From IMG/VR virus record IMGVR_UViG_3300020050_009513, positions 1 to 64,000 of that record: a stretch of DNA of 64,000 bases; one strand, written 5' to 3'. This DNA comes from a virus (taxonomy: Duplodnaviria > Caudoviricetes). The translations under genes were made by a program, and so were the position numbers. Each line of letters opens with the position of its first letter. Within the stretch, counting starts at the first letter, position 1. The notes below the pieces were generated by a model. It saw nothing but the letters and a program-made list of their open reading frames with translations, was not told the origin of the DNA and made no database searches. Positions 24,805-34,496 of this stretch are shown one piece after another.

Positions 24805-26823
24805 GTGTTTATGTCAGACTCGGTGTATTTCGCAGCCAAGGAAGCGGATAAAACAGCCGGAATTTTGCTAAGTAAGGCAAATGGCTGGTATAATCAATTA
24901 CAAACTAACGGGTATCTCGACAAAGTTCGTGAGATGTGGTTAGCCTACCATGGAGCCTATCAAACAGGTCCGGGTGCTGCCCACATGATTACCTTTGGTG
25001 GTGAGCAAGGTGAGCTAGCACAGATGGCGGTGAACCATTTGCGATCTATCGCCGATAATATCATCACTATGATTACATCCAGCCGCCCTGCATTTCAGGC
25101 TCGTGCTACAAATGGTGATAGTAAGAGTATTGTACAAGCTACGCTTGCAAATAACCTACTTGATTACTACATGCGTGAAAAACGTTTGGAGAAATACCTT
25201 CGTACAGCCATTCAATATGCTGTAGTATTAGGTAGCGGTTATGTTAAAATGGAATGGAACTCCACTACTGGAGAAATTTACGACACAAATGAAGAGACTG
25301 GCGCACCAATTTATGAAGGTGACGTTGCGTTCTCTAACCTGTCTCCTTATGATGTTGTATTTGATACAACTAAAGAGTCGAGTCTTGGTCATGACTGGGT
25401 ACTAACACGTACCTTTAAAAATAAATTTGACATTGCAGCTAAGTATCCCGAACTTGAAGGTCGTATTAAAGGTCTTCAGACTAAAAATCAATTGCTCCGT
25501 TATCGTATGGACTTGATGGCTTATGAGGATACAGACGATGTTCCCGTATATGAATTCTATCACCGTCGTAGCGAAGCTTTGCCAGATGGTCGATATCTTT
25601 TGTTCCTAGAAGATAATCTAATTCTTATTGATAGTCCAATGCCTTATAGACAGTTACCCGTGTATCGTGTATCACCTAGCGATATCCTTGGTACTCCTTA
25701 CGGCTATACTCCGATGTTCGACCTGTTACCCATTCAAGATGCGGTTAACAGTTTGTACAGTACTATCCTGACTAACCAGCATACGTTTGGTGTACAGAAC
25801 ATCTATGTTCCTCGTAATGCCGATATTCAATTGAAATCTCTTGAGGGTGGATTGAATATTATTGAAGGTAATAGTGGTGCGGGAAAACCTGAACCTCTAA
25901 ACTTTACACAAACTCCTAAAGAAGTATTTGAGTTCCTTCAAATGCTTGAGCGACAGATGGAGATTGTATCGGGAGTCAACTCGGTTGCTCGTGGTAACCC
26001 GGAAGCTTCGCTTAAATCCGGATCTGCTCTTGCCATGGTGCAATCTATGGCACTGCAGTTTATTTCTGGTATTCAACAACAGTACATTCACTTGATTGAG
26101 GACGTTGGTACAGGTCTTGTGAATATGCTTAAGGACTTTGCTGTTGTCCCTCGCATTGCTATTATTGCAGGGGAAACTCGTAAGCACTACGTAGAAACTG
26201 AATTTACTGGTGACGACCTTAGTATGGTAAGCCGTGTAATTGTTGACGTAGGAAATCCTATTAGTAAAACTACTGCCGGACGTATGCAGATGGCGACGGA
26301 GCTTATCCAATATGGTATTGTATCTACTCCTCAAGAGTATATGACAGTACTTAATACTGGAGATTTGAGCGGTATTACTGATGATACTCAGGATGAGCTT
26401 GATAATATTCGTCGCGAAAATGAAACTATGCTTAATGGCGGTCAAGCCATTGCTATCGGTATTGATCAACACAGTGTACACATTAAACGACACAAAGCCC
26501 TTCTTTCCGATCCAGTTATTCGTTCTCAACCTGGAGTTAGAGATCAAGTCCTTGCTCATATTATGGAGCACGTAAATCTTTTACGTACTGTTGACCCTTC
26601 TCTTCTTGCAATTATCGGAGAACAACCAATTGGACCTATCGGAGGAACGCCTAACAACCCAGTTCCCGGTCCACAGAATCAATCTATGCCTGTAGATCCG
26701 GCTAGCATGAGTCAGGAACAACAACCGTTACCTAATATGCCATCCATACCTACAGTACCTGCTGAAGCTCTCGCCAATCCCGAGGCTCAGCAGCAGGCTA
26801 TGGGTAATGTAGCACCTCAGTAA
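24805..26823 (+). CDS. portal protein
   Basis: 672 aa directly after terL; P22-like features (ALVLGSGYVKMEW, SGVNSVARG..SGSAL); Pro/Gln-rich tail. Confidence 0.85.
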   Translation: MFMSDSVYFAAKEADKTAGILLSKANGWYNQLQTNGYLDKVREMWLAYHGAYQTGPGAAHMITFGGEQGELAQMAVNHLRSIADNIITMITSSRPAFQARATNGDSKSIVQATLANNLLDYYMREKRLEKYLRTAIQYAVVLGSGYVKMEWNSTTGEIYDTNEETGAPIYEGDVAFSNLSPYDVVFDTTKESSLGHDWVLTRTFKNKFDIAAKYPELEGRIKGLQTKNQLLRYRMDLMAYEDTDDVPVYEFYHRRSEALPDGRYLLFLEDNLILIDSPMPYRQLPVYRVSPSDILGTPYGYTPMFDLLPIQDAVNSLYSTILTNQHTFGVQNIYVPRNADIQLKSLEGGLNIIEGNSGAGKPEPLNFTQTPKEVFEFLQMLERQMEIVSGVNSVARGNPEASLKSGSALAMVQSMALQFISGIQQQYIHLIEDVGTGLVNMLKDFAVVPRIAIIAGETRKHYVETEFTGDDLSMVSRVIVDVGNPISKTTAGRMQMATELIQYGIVSTPQEYMTVLNTGDLSGITDDTQDELDNIRRENETMLNGGQAIAIGIDQHSVHIKRHKALLSDPVIRSQPGVRDQVLAHIMEHVNLLRTVDPSLLAIIGEQPIGPIGGTPNNPVPGPQNQSMPVDPASMSQEQQPLPNMPSIPTVPAEALANPEAQQQAMGNVAPQ

Positions 26824-26832
26824 GGTATATAA

Positions 26833-27447
26833 ATGGCTTTTGACACTAGTCCGTTAAGTCAAGAGAATATTTTACGGGACGTACACGATCCTGTAACCCA
26901 GACGCTGCGTACAACGGCTAGTGCGACTATTATTGTACCTGGCGGCCTTGAAGTTGACATTGACCAAGCAAGCGATAGCATTAAGCTTGGAGACGGCACT
27001 ACGTTGTTTACGTCTACTACGGTAGGACCTAAGACCGGCCTCGATGTTAGCATTATTAGCGGTAATCTTCAAGGGGAGGTGGATGCCTACCCTCTGGAAA
27101 AAGGCATTACGCGCAACACCTACAATGAAGTTCTATCTGTAACACCGGGAGTAGAGACTACTATAGTCACCTATACCGTCCCCAGCGGTAGGATAGCTTA
27201 CTTAAGCCGAACTGAATACTCAGGCACTAATATTGCCACTTATACAGTAAAAATCAACGGTGCCACACAAGATAAAAAGCGTACTAACTATGCAACTAGC
27301 TTAAATGAAAGCACTATATTGAATTCTTCAGGTAATACCGGAATTGCTTTAGTAGCTGGTGATGTAGTAATCGTAACAGCTACACACACCAATGTGTCTA
27401 CTGGAGACTTTAACTCTCGAGTAGAGACAGTAGAAATCATACTATAG
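26833..27447 (+). CDS. virion structural protein (SQENILRDVHDP N-terminal motif)
   Basis: Thr/Val-rich beta protein; N-terminal motif shared with 43667 and 44480. Confidence 0.65.
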   Translation: MAFDTSPLSQENILRDVHDPVTQTLRTTASATIIVPGGLEVDIDQASDSIKLGDGTTLFTSTTVGPKTGLDVSIISGNLQGEVDAYPLEKGITRNTYNEVLSVTPGVETTIVTYTVPSGRIAYLSRTEYSGTNIATYTVKINGATQDKKRTNYATSLNESTILNSSGNTGIALVAGDVVIVTATHTNVSTGDFNSRVETVEIIL

Positions 27448-27521
27448 CATTATAAAATATCCGCGGGCTATTTTATAGCAAAAACAGTCAGAATAACATA
27501 TATTTATAAAGGAGGCTAGGT

Positions 27522-28103
27522 ATGCAAGATTTTGCGCAAGGTATCCCAGTAAGAACGCAAAATAACGGCGATGTTGTCGTTCGCGTTGCCGATGCCACTA
27601 CTCCTACAGACGTATTAAAAGTTAATACAGACGGTAGCATTAATGTAGTAACTACAGCTACAGCTCTAGATACTAGACCTCTGGCCTTTGCAACTGATTC
27701 AGTTGATGTATCTGGGTCTATAATTGCGTTAGACACCTCTACTTTAACTTCTATCTTAGGCGCTACTTATAAAGTAGACGACGACGCTACTCAAGCTGCT
27801 CTAGGTTCCATTCTAACTCAGTTATCTTCTGGTGAAATAATCATTGGTACTGAGGATGGTACTCCTTCTGGTACTCAGCGTGTCTTTGTAAACAATGTAT
27901 ATCTTCAAATCTTGGCCGCAAAAGACAGAGATCAAGATATTTCCTACGCTGATTTTGGCACAAAAGACCAAAGAATTATGCAAATAGACTACACTGCCCC
28001 CAGCATTGGTGTTGGAGCTGGGTTTATTGCACGAAAAACATTTACTTATGTTCTAGACGGCGGACGCTACAAAAGAACAAAAATAACAAGATTAATAGTA
28101 TAA
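27522..28103 (+). CDS. virion structural/decoration protein
   Basis: Thr/Asp-rich, TDSVDVSGS segment; AGGAGG RBS. Confidence 0.65.
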   Translation: MQDFAQGIPVRTQNNGDVVVRVADATTPTDVLKVNTDGSINVVTTATALDTRPLAFATDSVDVSGSIIALDTSTLTSILGATYKVDDDATQAALGSILTQLSSGEIIIGTEDGTPSGTQRVFVNNVYLQILAAKDRDQDISYADFGTKDQRIMQIDYTAPSIGVGAGFIARKTFTYVLDGGRYKRTKITRLIV

Positions 28104-28112
28104 GAGGTACAG

Positions 28113-30176
28113 ATGAAATATGTAAAGGCAGATCTTTTAGCAGACGTTGTTGGGACATACGACCAAACTAAAACTACAATCCAAGGTCGAGTGCAGACTA
28201 AGACCATTGATGGAGACTCGGCCCTAGGCCCGCCCTTAAATAGATTTATTGACGTAGTAACGGACTCTGCTCCGGCCTCCCCGGTTATTCCTGCACTAAC
28301 CTATTTGACTGCCAATGGTAGACTATTTACAATTGGAGCTGAGGTCAATGGTCTTATTCCCGTAAGTCTGCACACTGTGAATCTAACTACCGGAGCACAT
28401 GTTTTTATTGGAACAATCCGAGTACAAGTAGCAGATAACGCAGCAACAAGCCACTCGCTTAAGGCACTCAAAGTAATAGACACTGGGACTACTGGCTGGC
28501 GTATTTTTATTGTGACTTCTGGTTCTGTTCTTATCAATGGCGGAGTTTATTGTGCCAACAATGTGGACCTAGCTGATTTTTTAGCTGTAGGACTTGGTAC
28601 TTTATTCCCAAGCGGAACTGGATCAAATCAAAAAGCAACTTATTTTCTACAAGATCCGTCTAATATAGGTGTAGGGCAGCTTAATATTGCGTCTGCAGGA
28701 GCTGTGTTAGATGTTGCAAACAACAGAATTTATGTACATAATGGTGTGGCAGCTACGCACCAATATTATGTATACAGTACCAATGCAACCTTGGATTGTC
28801 CTAAAACAGTAGGCGTATCTATGGACTCTACCACTGACAGGATTACTCAAACAGCACATGGATTTGTAGACAACACTCCTATTTTTATTAGCAATTTAGT
28901 AGGAGCCGCTCCATTAACCAATAATACTATTTACTTTGTACGAAATGCTACTCCAAATGATTACCAACTTTCCACAACTACTGGAGGAGCGGTAACGAAT
29001 GTAACAACAAACGGTACTATGGACGTAAACCGTGCATTTGGGACAACTGGAGATGCTTGGGTACATAAAACTGGAAACTTACCGGCTTTAGCTGGAACTT
29101 TGATTAGCTCTGACTCGGAAGATTTTGCTCAACCTGCTCATACAACTAATGCTGGATTTGATTGTATATTTCTTGCGTCAACTTCAAATTTGTATTTAGG
29201 TAAAATATCGGAGCTGACTTCAGGCGCAGTCACTTGGCCGTCCTTAGTAACAGCAAACATACTCGGTTCCCCAAATCAAATAATTGCCCCGTCTATTACA
29301 TTAGCTGCGTGGAGTAATGCTCTTGACCGAGCCATGTATTTAACTAATGCAAATATCTTAGTTACAAAACAAATGGTTAACAACTCTATTGATAAAATAT
29401 TTGGCGGAGCAAATAACATTTATCGAGAGACTTTTGTAAGTGATAGTATACCTCTACAATGGCTAGTAGCTGGTGCACTAGATGTAGAAAGCGGCTGGCT
29501 TGTAGTACAAACTTCAACAACTGTTGGGCAGCGTGGAGTTTTATTAGCCGATACTAGATCAGATGAATTGTTTGATTATTCTTTTATTGTTACTAAAGTA
29601 CTAGACACTCCCAACTCTGTGTATAAATTTATAACAACTGTAGATAAACTTTACGACTTTACTGGATCGCTACGTATTCAGTATCGCACATCAGGATTTG
29701 GATCTATTTCTGGCGGTTGGACAGACATTGCATTTGCAGAAGATCTAAGTGGAGTTGCTACTGCAGCACAAGTTCAATTTAAAATACTATTTGATACACT
29801 AGGACTAGACACTTCTATCCCGGCTCAATTGGTAGATTTTTTTCTTGGATTTGAAAGCAACACTGCTATCTCTGATAACTGGGAATTTAGCGATGATTTT
29901 TCGGATAATGGTGTGCCTTCGCGCTGTGCTTTCCGTTTAAAGAAAGCGTATACATCTACTGTACCGGAATTGTTTTTCCGAGCTTACGACCTTTCAGATG
30001 CTTTAGTTGTAAATCACAATACAACAGCAGAGGCTGCTCAGTTTGAGTACTCTACTACAAACGGAGTGTCTTGGTTGCCACTTGGAACAATCCCTAATAC
30101 AGTAGGGACTCTTGTTCGCTATACCTTTACCTCTCCTCCTGGAGTAGACATCCGACCCGGACTTAAGGAGTCGTAA
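28113..30176 (+). CDS. large virion appendage protein (beta-rich; FCCH-like insert)
   Basis: 687 aa; insert TDRITQTAHGF...IYFVRNAT..YQLSTT typical of tail-associated proteins. Confidence 0.6.
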   Translation: MKYVKADLLADVVGTYDQTKTTIQGRVQTKTIDGDSALGPPLNRFIDVVTDSAPASPVIPALTYLTANGRLFTIGAEVNGLIPVSLHTVNLTTGAHVFIGTIRVQVADNAATSHSLKALKVIDTGTTGWRIFIVTSGSVLINGGVYCANNVDLADFLAVGLGTLFPSGTGSNQKATYFLQDPSNIGVGQLNIASAGAVLDVANNRIYVHNGVAATHQYYVYSTNATLDCPKTVGVSMDSTTDRITQTAHGFVDNTPIFISNLVGAAPLTNNTIYFVRNATPNDYQLSTTTGGAVTNVTTNGTMDVNRAFGTTGDAWVHKTGNLPALAGTLISSDSEDFAQPAHTTNAGFDCIFLASTSNLYLGKISELTSGAVTWPSLVTANILGSPNQIIAPSITLAAWSNALDRAMYLTNANILVTKQMVNNSIDKIFGGANNIYRETFVSDSIPLQWLVAGALDVESGWLVVQTSTTVGQRGVLLADTRSDELFDYSFIVTKVLDTPNSVYKFITTVDKLYDFTGSLRIQYRTSGFGSISGGWTDIAFAEDLSGVATAAQVQFKILFDTLGLDTSIPAQLVDFFLGFESNTAISDNWEFSDDFSDNGVPSRCAFRLKKAYTSTVPELFFRAYDLSDALVVNHNTTAEAAQFEYSTTNGVSWLPLGTIPNTVGTLVRYTFTSPPGVDIRPGLKES

Positions 30177-31522
30177 TGGCTAATATTCTAATAGAGAATA
30201 ATTTTTATCAGGGGACCAGTCAGGCTTGCGTCATTGATTTGACGCCGCCTACCTTTGCAGGAATTACTTTCCTTGACGTTGAGTCTAGGGGTCAAATTCG
30301 TGCAGGGTGGTCTGCTGCCTCAGATGCTACGGCTCCTATCCGGTATGAAGTATACATCAAAGCTTCTACGGCCACGGGTCTATTTAGTACCTCTAATATC
30401 ATTGCAGTTACTCCAAATCTTCAGTATGATATTTTTACACTACCGGACGGTTCGTTTTTGCAAAATGGCACCACATATTACGTAGGTACTCGTGCTATTG
30501 ACGGTGTTAACAATAGAGATAGTAACGTAGTCTCTATGAGTGTAATCTCTACTGGAGTCCTTACTGCAGTTGATACATATAAATGCAATGCTTCTTGGTC
30601 AATAAACAATACAAATCAATTTATTCTTACTATGTGGGCAGATAAAAATGACAGTATTGCTGATGGATCAAATGGAGTTTTAGGTACGGCTTCTTATCAG
30701 GTGTATGATAAAACTGGCGCGGCTGTCGTAGGCATGAGTGCCTCGGGTATTTCTCCTAATGGGCAGGGCCTTTTTACAGCGCCTTCTGTATCTAACTTAC
30801 TCGTAGAAGATGCGGAACATTATGAAATTAAAGTTACTGTTGTCGTAGACGGGGAAGCTCGCTCAAACATGATTCCTTTAATGGATCAAAAAGCCGAGTA
30901 TAAAATTGGCGGGCTATTTTTTGTCAACGTAGAGAATAACTTTGATGGTACTTTTTGGGTTTCTAAAAACGAAATTGTAAAAACTACTGGACTAGGGGCA
31001 GGGGCTTATCAAGTTTACGATCACGACGGCGATCTTATCTCCGGAATGAACGGTTCTGGTATTACTGCTGATATTAACGGGGTATACAAAATACCGCACG
31101 TTGCTTCTCTTTTGGAAGAAGACTATCCCGGATTTTCTGTCAAAGTCACATTGGTTGTGGATGGAATTACCAGGTCGCAGATGTTCTCTCGTGCAAATGA
31201 TCCTATCCACTATAGCACAAAAGCTCAATTTTCAATTAATGCATCTAATCAACTGCAAGCTACGTTTTGGCTAGAATACGATTCTAATGTTGAGACAAGT
31301 TCATTGGGCGCAGCTAATTATACAGTGTACGATGTAAATGGTAATACTGTTGTGGGGCTTTCACAATCAGGCATCACTGCTGATGTTAACGGAAGATTCC
31401 AAATTACGCCGGTAAGCGCCGCTCTGCTGACAGATCTCACACACTATTCTGTTAAGGTCGGGATTGTTGCGCACGGGGTCGAGAGAGTTGCATACAAAGG
31501 ATTTACTTTACTAGGAACATAG
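30176..31522 (+). CDS. FN3 domain plus three tandem Ig-like repeats; virion surface protein
   Basis: PPTFAGI...WSAASD..PIRYEVY (FN3); three ~105-aa repeats with LG.A.Y.VYD..G...G...SGI..D.NG. Confidence 0.7.
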   Translation: MANILIENNFYQGTSQACVIDLTPPTFAGITFLDVESRGQIRAGWSAASDATAPIRYEVYIKASTATGLFSTSNIIAVTPNLQYDIFTLPDGSFLQNGTTYYVGTRAIDGVNNRDSNVVSMSVISTGVLTAVDTYKCNASWSINNTNQFILTMWADKNDSIADGSNGVLGTASYQVYDKTGAAVVGMSASGISPNGQGLFTAPSVSNLLVEDAEHYEIKVTVVVDGEARSNMIPLMDQKAEYKIGGLFFVNVENNFDGTFWVSKNEIVKTTGLGAGAYQVYDHDGDLISGMNGSGITADINGVYKIPHVASLLEEDYPGFSVKVTLVVDGITRSQMFSRANDPIHYSTKAQFSINASNQLQATFWLEYDSNVETSSLGAANYTVYDVNGNTVVGLSQSGITADVNGRFQITPVSAALLTDLTHYSVKVGIVAHGVERVAYKGFTLLGT

Positions 31523-32077
31523 ATGGCTATCATACGAAAATGGGTTGCTCAAAACGATAGCGGAGAAAACCAGTGGTTAAAAGTAGACCACCCGAGTCGT
31601 TTTATTGTAAATCATACTAGCGAATGGCAGCCTATTTTTGGTGTAGACTCAGCTTTAGTACCCGGAGCTCAAGTCCTAAAGTTGGCCGCGCAACTTGATA
31701 CATCTACTCTAGATGAAATTAGACTTGTAGGGTATTTGTATAATCCTGCTAGCGGTGCGGTGGATAGTGCGGCTACCGTAGTGTTCTATATTTATAAAGT
31801 AACAGACATTACAACTCCTAGGTGGGATGATCAATTAATCTCGACTCAAACAGGAGATGTGCAGTCTAATAATTATTATTTTAAGAGCATTAATATCAGC
31901 TCTTTATCTGGAGTTAATTTAGATGGAGACACTACGCTCATGGTAGAAGGCGTGGCTACTAGGTTAGGAATTACTTACAGAGATCGCATCTACGTAAATC
32001 ATCTAGGAGTGTATGATAGTATTGTTCGACTGCGTAATGATGTTGAATTCTTAGACATAACAAAATTGGATGAGTAA
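31523..32077 (+). CDS. virion structural protein
   Basis: Coupled to upstream gene; beta-rich. Confidence 0.6.
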   Translation: MAIIRKWVAQNDSGENQWLKVDHPSRFIVNHTSEWQPIFGVDSALVPGAQVLKLAAQLDTSTLDEIRLVGYLYNPASGAVDSAATVVFYIYKVTDITTPRWDDQLISTQTGDVQSNNYYFKSINISSLSGVNLDGDTTLMVEGVATRLGITYRDRIYVNHLGVYDSIVRLRNDVEFLDITKLDE

Positions 32078-32565
32078 TGATAAAAAAATATGCGGCTATA
32101 AATAATAATACAGTGACTCAAGTAATAGATATTGACAGCGAGTCCGATGATTTTCAATTAACAGCTAAACAACATCAAATGCTAATTGACATTGATTTCC
32201 TAAATCCTACGCCTACTGTTGGGTATGTATTAAACGGAAATAAACTTGAACTTCCGCAAGGTTACACCGATCGCGAAATGTACGAAGAGCACCTAAATGA
32301 CCTTAAGGCTACTTTCGGCACGGCCTTGGCTCGAAAGTGTACAAATAAAATTGGAGCTAGAAACAAAATCCTAAATAAAACTGGAACTCAAGTCACTACG
32401 CTATTAAATGTTTTACTTGGAGTGCGGTTTCTTTTAGAAGGCGGCGCTCTTGGCACAGCTCGCGCAAGTTGTATACAGTTAAAAGCAGTATATAGCGAAT
32501 ATAGTGACGTTTTTGATTACGTTGTAAATGAAATTAATATATTTGAACAAAACAATAGTCTATGA
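32077..32565 (+). CDS. possible fibre assembly chaperone
   Basis: KYAAINNNTVTQVI N-terminus and helical C-terminus; position after fibre-like genes. Confidence 0.45.
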   Translation: MIKKYAAINNNTVTQVIDIDSESDDFQLTAKQHQMLIDIDFLNPTPTVGYVLNGNKLELPQGYTDREMYEEHLNDLKATFGTALARKCTNKIGARNKILNKTGTQVTTLLNVLLGVRFLLEGGALGTARASCIQLKAVYSEYSDVFDYVVNEINIFEQNNSL

Positions 32566-33068
32566 GTAAGATATTTATAGGATTTTCATATCCTCATAAA
32601 TTTAAAATTGGAGCTGCAGCCATAGCTTGGTGGCTGTCTACTCCATATTCTCACGTGTATATTAGATTTGAAAGTGAAACTATGCCGTCTTCGGTGTATC
32701 ATGCGGCTCATGGCATGGTACATTTTACAAGTTACGCTAGATTTAAAGAGCAGAATAAATGTGTACATGAGTATGAGGTAGCTGTTACTACTACACAACG
32801 TCGGCAAGCTTTAATACAATGCATGGAACTAGCTGGAATAGAATATAGTACTACCGAGCTAGTGAATATTCTAATGACTGATTTATGTAATTCATTTGGC
32901 CATAAGCTAAGTACTACAAACTCTAAAGGTTACATATGCTCTGAGTTAGTCGGTGAATTTTTAATTCAACTTGGAGCAACTTTCAATAAACCTACCCATT
33001 TATTAACTCCGCTAGATATAAAGCAAGGATTGACTACGTGGCAAGAATCACTCTTATACCGGACATAA
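32562..33068 (+). CDS. permuted papain-like (NlpC/P60, YiiX-type) enzyme
   Basis: YSHV (His) early and YICSELV (Cys) late, the permuted order; TPLDI near the end. Confidence 0.75.
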   Translation: MSKIFIGFSYPHKFKIGAAAIAWWLSTPYSHVYIRFESETMPSSVYHAAHGMVHFTSYARFKEQNKCVHEYEVAVTTTQRRQALIQCMELAGIEYSTTELVNILMTDLCNSFGHKLSTTNSKGYICSELVGEFLIQLGATFNKPTHLLTPLDIKQGLTTWQESLLYRT

Positions 33069-33178
33069 AAGATGCTGGGCACAAAAAGCTCATCGCTAAA
33101 AGCAAACGACATAATTGGCTTATAGCCCTCTGTTCGCTTCAATTTGTTTTATTAACATATTTAATTATGAGGTAACTA

Positions 33179-33778
33179 ATGGATTTTTCAAAACTAAAGC
33201 AGCTAATGCAAAATGCTGGTACTGCAGTTTCTGATTGGAAACAAGGTATGGATAAAAATGCAGATCAAGCAATGGAAGACATGGCTCGTTCTTCTGTTAT
33301 GGTAGGTAGATCACAGGATTATCAACCTACAGAACAAGAAATGTTGGATGCCCGTAAAATGGTAGAAGATTCCATGAGTATGGGTACGGGTGCTGTAGGC
33401 TCTGTAAAGATGCTTGGTGCCGGTGAGAATGCTGCCCAAATGCTTATGCGTAAAGCTGCAGAAGAAGCTGGTACGGGCGTTAAGATTGCAGGTAGAGGCA
33501 AGTCTGCTGCGGAAATGATTAAAGAAGGTCAGGCAGCAAAAGCTGCAGCTAATCCTCCTGTCCCTAAAAAGACAGCCGCCGAACTCTACAGAGACGCTAA
33601 AGCAAGCGGTAAGTCGGTAATGAATATTGATGAGATGCGTGCAAACCCTGTTAAAGAACCTATGAATATGGGTAAACTGCAACAAGAAGCTACTGGTCTT
33701 GTTGATGATGTCTCAGAAAAACTTAAATTTCGCCGTCTCCAAGAACTAATGGAGCTTAATAAGCTCAAAGGTAAGTAA
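33179..33778 (+). CDS. low-complexity putative internal head protein
   Basis: Ala/Met/Lys-rich; FSKLKQLM at N-terminus and FRRLQELM at C-terminus. Confidence 0.65.
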   Translation: MDFSKLKQLMQNAGTAVSDWKQGMDKNADQAMEDMARSSVMVGRSQDYQPTEQEMLDARKMVEDSMSMGTGAVGSVKMLGAGENAAQMLMRKAAEEAGTGVKIAGRGKSAAEMIKEGQAAKAAANPPVPKKTAAELYRDAKASGKSVMNIDEMRANPVKEPMNMGKLQQEATGLVDDVSEKLKFRRLQELMELNKLKGK

Positions 33779-33897
33779 TGGCTGATTATCCTGGTTCTAA
33801 TAGTGAAGCTACTATGGAAGGTAACGAGAAAGAAACCTACGCAAAAAAGGTTGCTCGTTTCTATAAGCTTCGTAAGCTATTGAAAGAGAAGAAATAA
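33778..33897 (+). CDS. 39-aa putative internal head peptide (not in ORF track)
   Basis: MADYPGSNSEATMEGNEKETYAKKVARFYKLRKLLKEKK; TAATG overlaps both sides. Confidence 0.7.
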   Translation: MADYPGSNSEATMEGNEKETYAKKVARFYKLRKLLKEKK

Positions 33898-34496
33898 TGG
33901 ATGATACATACGCACGTCTACTAAAATCTATTCTCGAAAGTAAAGAAGGGCGCAGTGAGACTGTATACCCTGATGAGAAGGGTAATCCTACTGTTGGTGT
34001 TGGGACTAATCTAAACAGCCCAGAAGGTCTGCGGGATTTAGAACGTGCCGGTATGTCTCCAGAGCGCGTTCTAGCAGGAGAGAGTGTTCCTACTGAAATC
34101 CAGGACGCTGCTATGAACAGTGCCATTAAGCGTAAAGAGGCAATGCTTCAAGATAAACTTCCCAATGCTCAGCTTAAAGAAAATGAGCGCGCTGCTATTA
34201 TGTCGCTTATGTACAATAGCCCAGCCCTGGTTGGGCCTCGTCTTACTGAGATGCTGAACAAAGGCGATAAAGAATCTGCAGCTAAAGAGATTCTTCTAAA
34301 CTCTAATAAAAATAAAAGTCCCGGCCTTGCTAGCCGACGTATAGAAGAGAGCGCGATGTTCCGTGGAGATAATAGCTTGCCACCTATTAACATGGAGGAA
34401 GAGGCTAATCTTAAGGGTACTCTTAGTGGCATTGAGAATAAAAACGAAAAAGAACGCGTATTTAAGCGTTTATCTGAGTTATTACGGAGTAAGTAA
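33897..34496 (+). CDS. phage lysozyme (GH24-like), probably virion-associated
   Basis: E-x8-D-x5-T triad in KEGRSETVYPDEKGNPTVGVG; AAIMSLMYN; GLASRRIEE. Confidence 0.85.
   Translation: MDDTYARLLKSILESKEGRSETVYPDEKGNPTVGVGTNLNSPEGLRDLERAGMSPERVLAGESVPTEIQDAAMNSAIKRKEAMLQDKLPNAQLKENERAAIMSLMYNSPALVGPRLTEMLNKGDKESAAKEILLNSNKNKSPGLASRRIEESAMFRGDNSLPPINMEEEANLKGTLSGIENKNEKERVFKRLSELLRSK

Noticed and set aside
25897-26571. Long antisense ORFs over portal, capsid and ejection genes
   Set aside because: Shadow frames of biased-codon genes with no RBS or recognisable motifs
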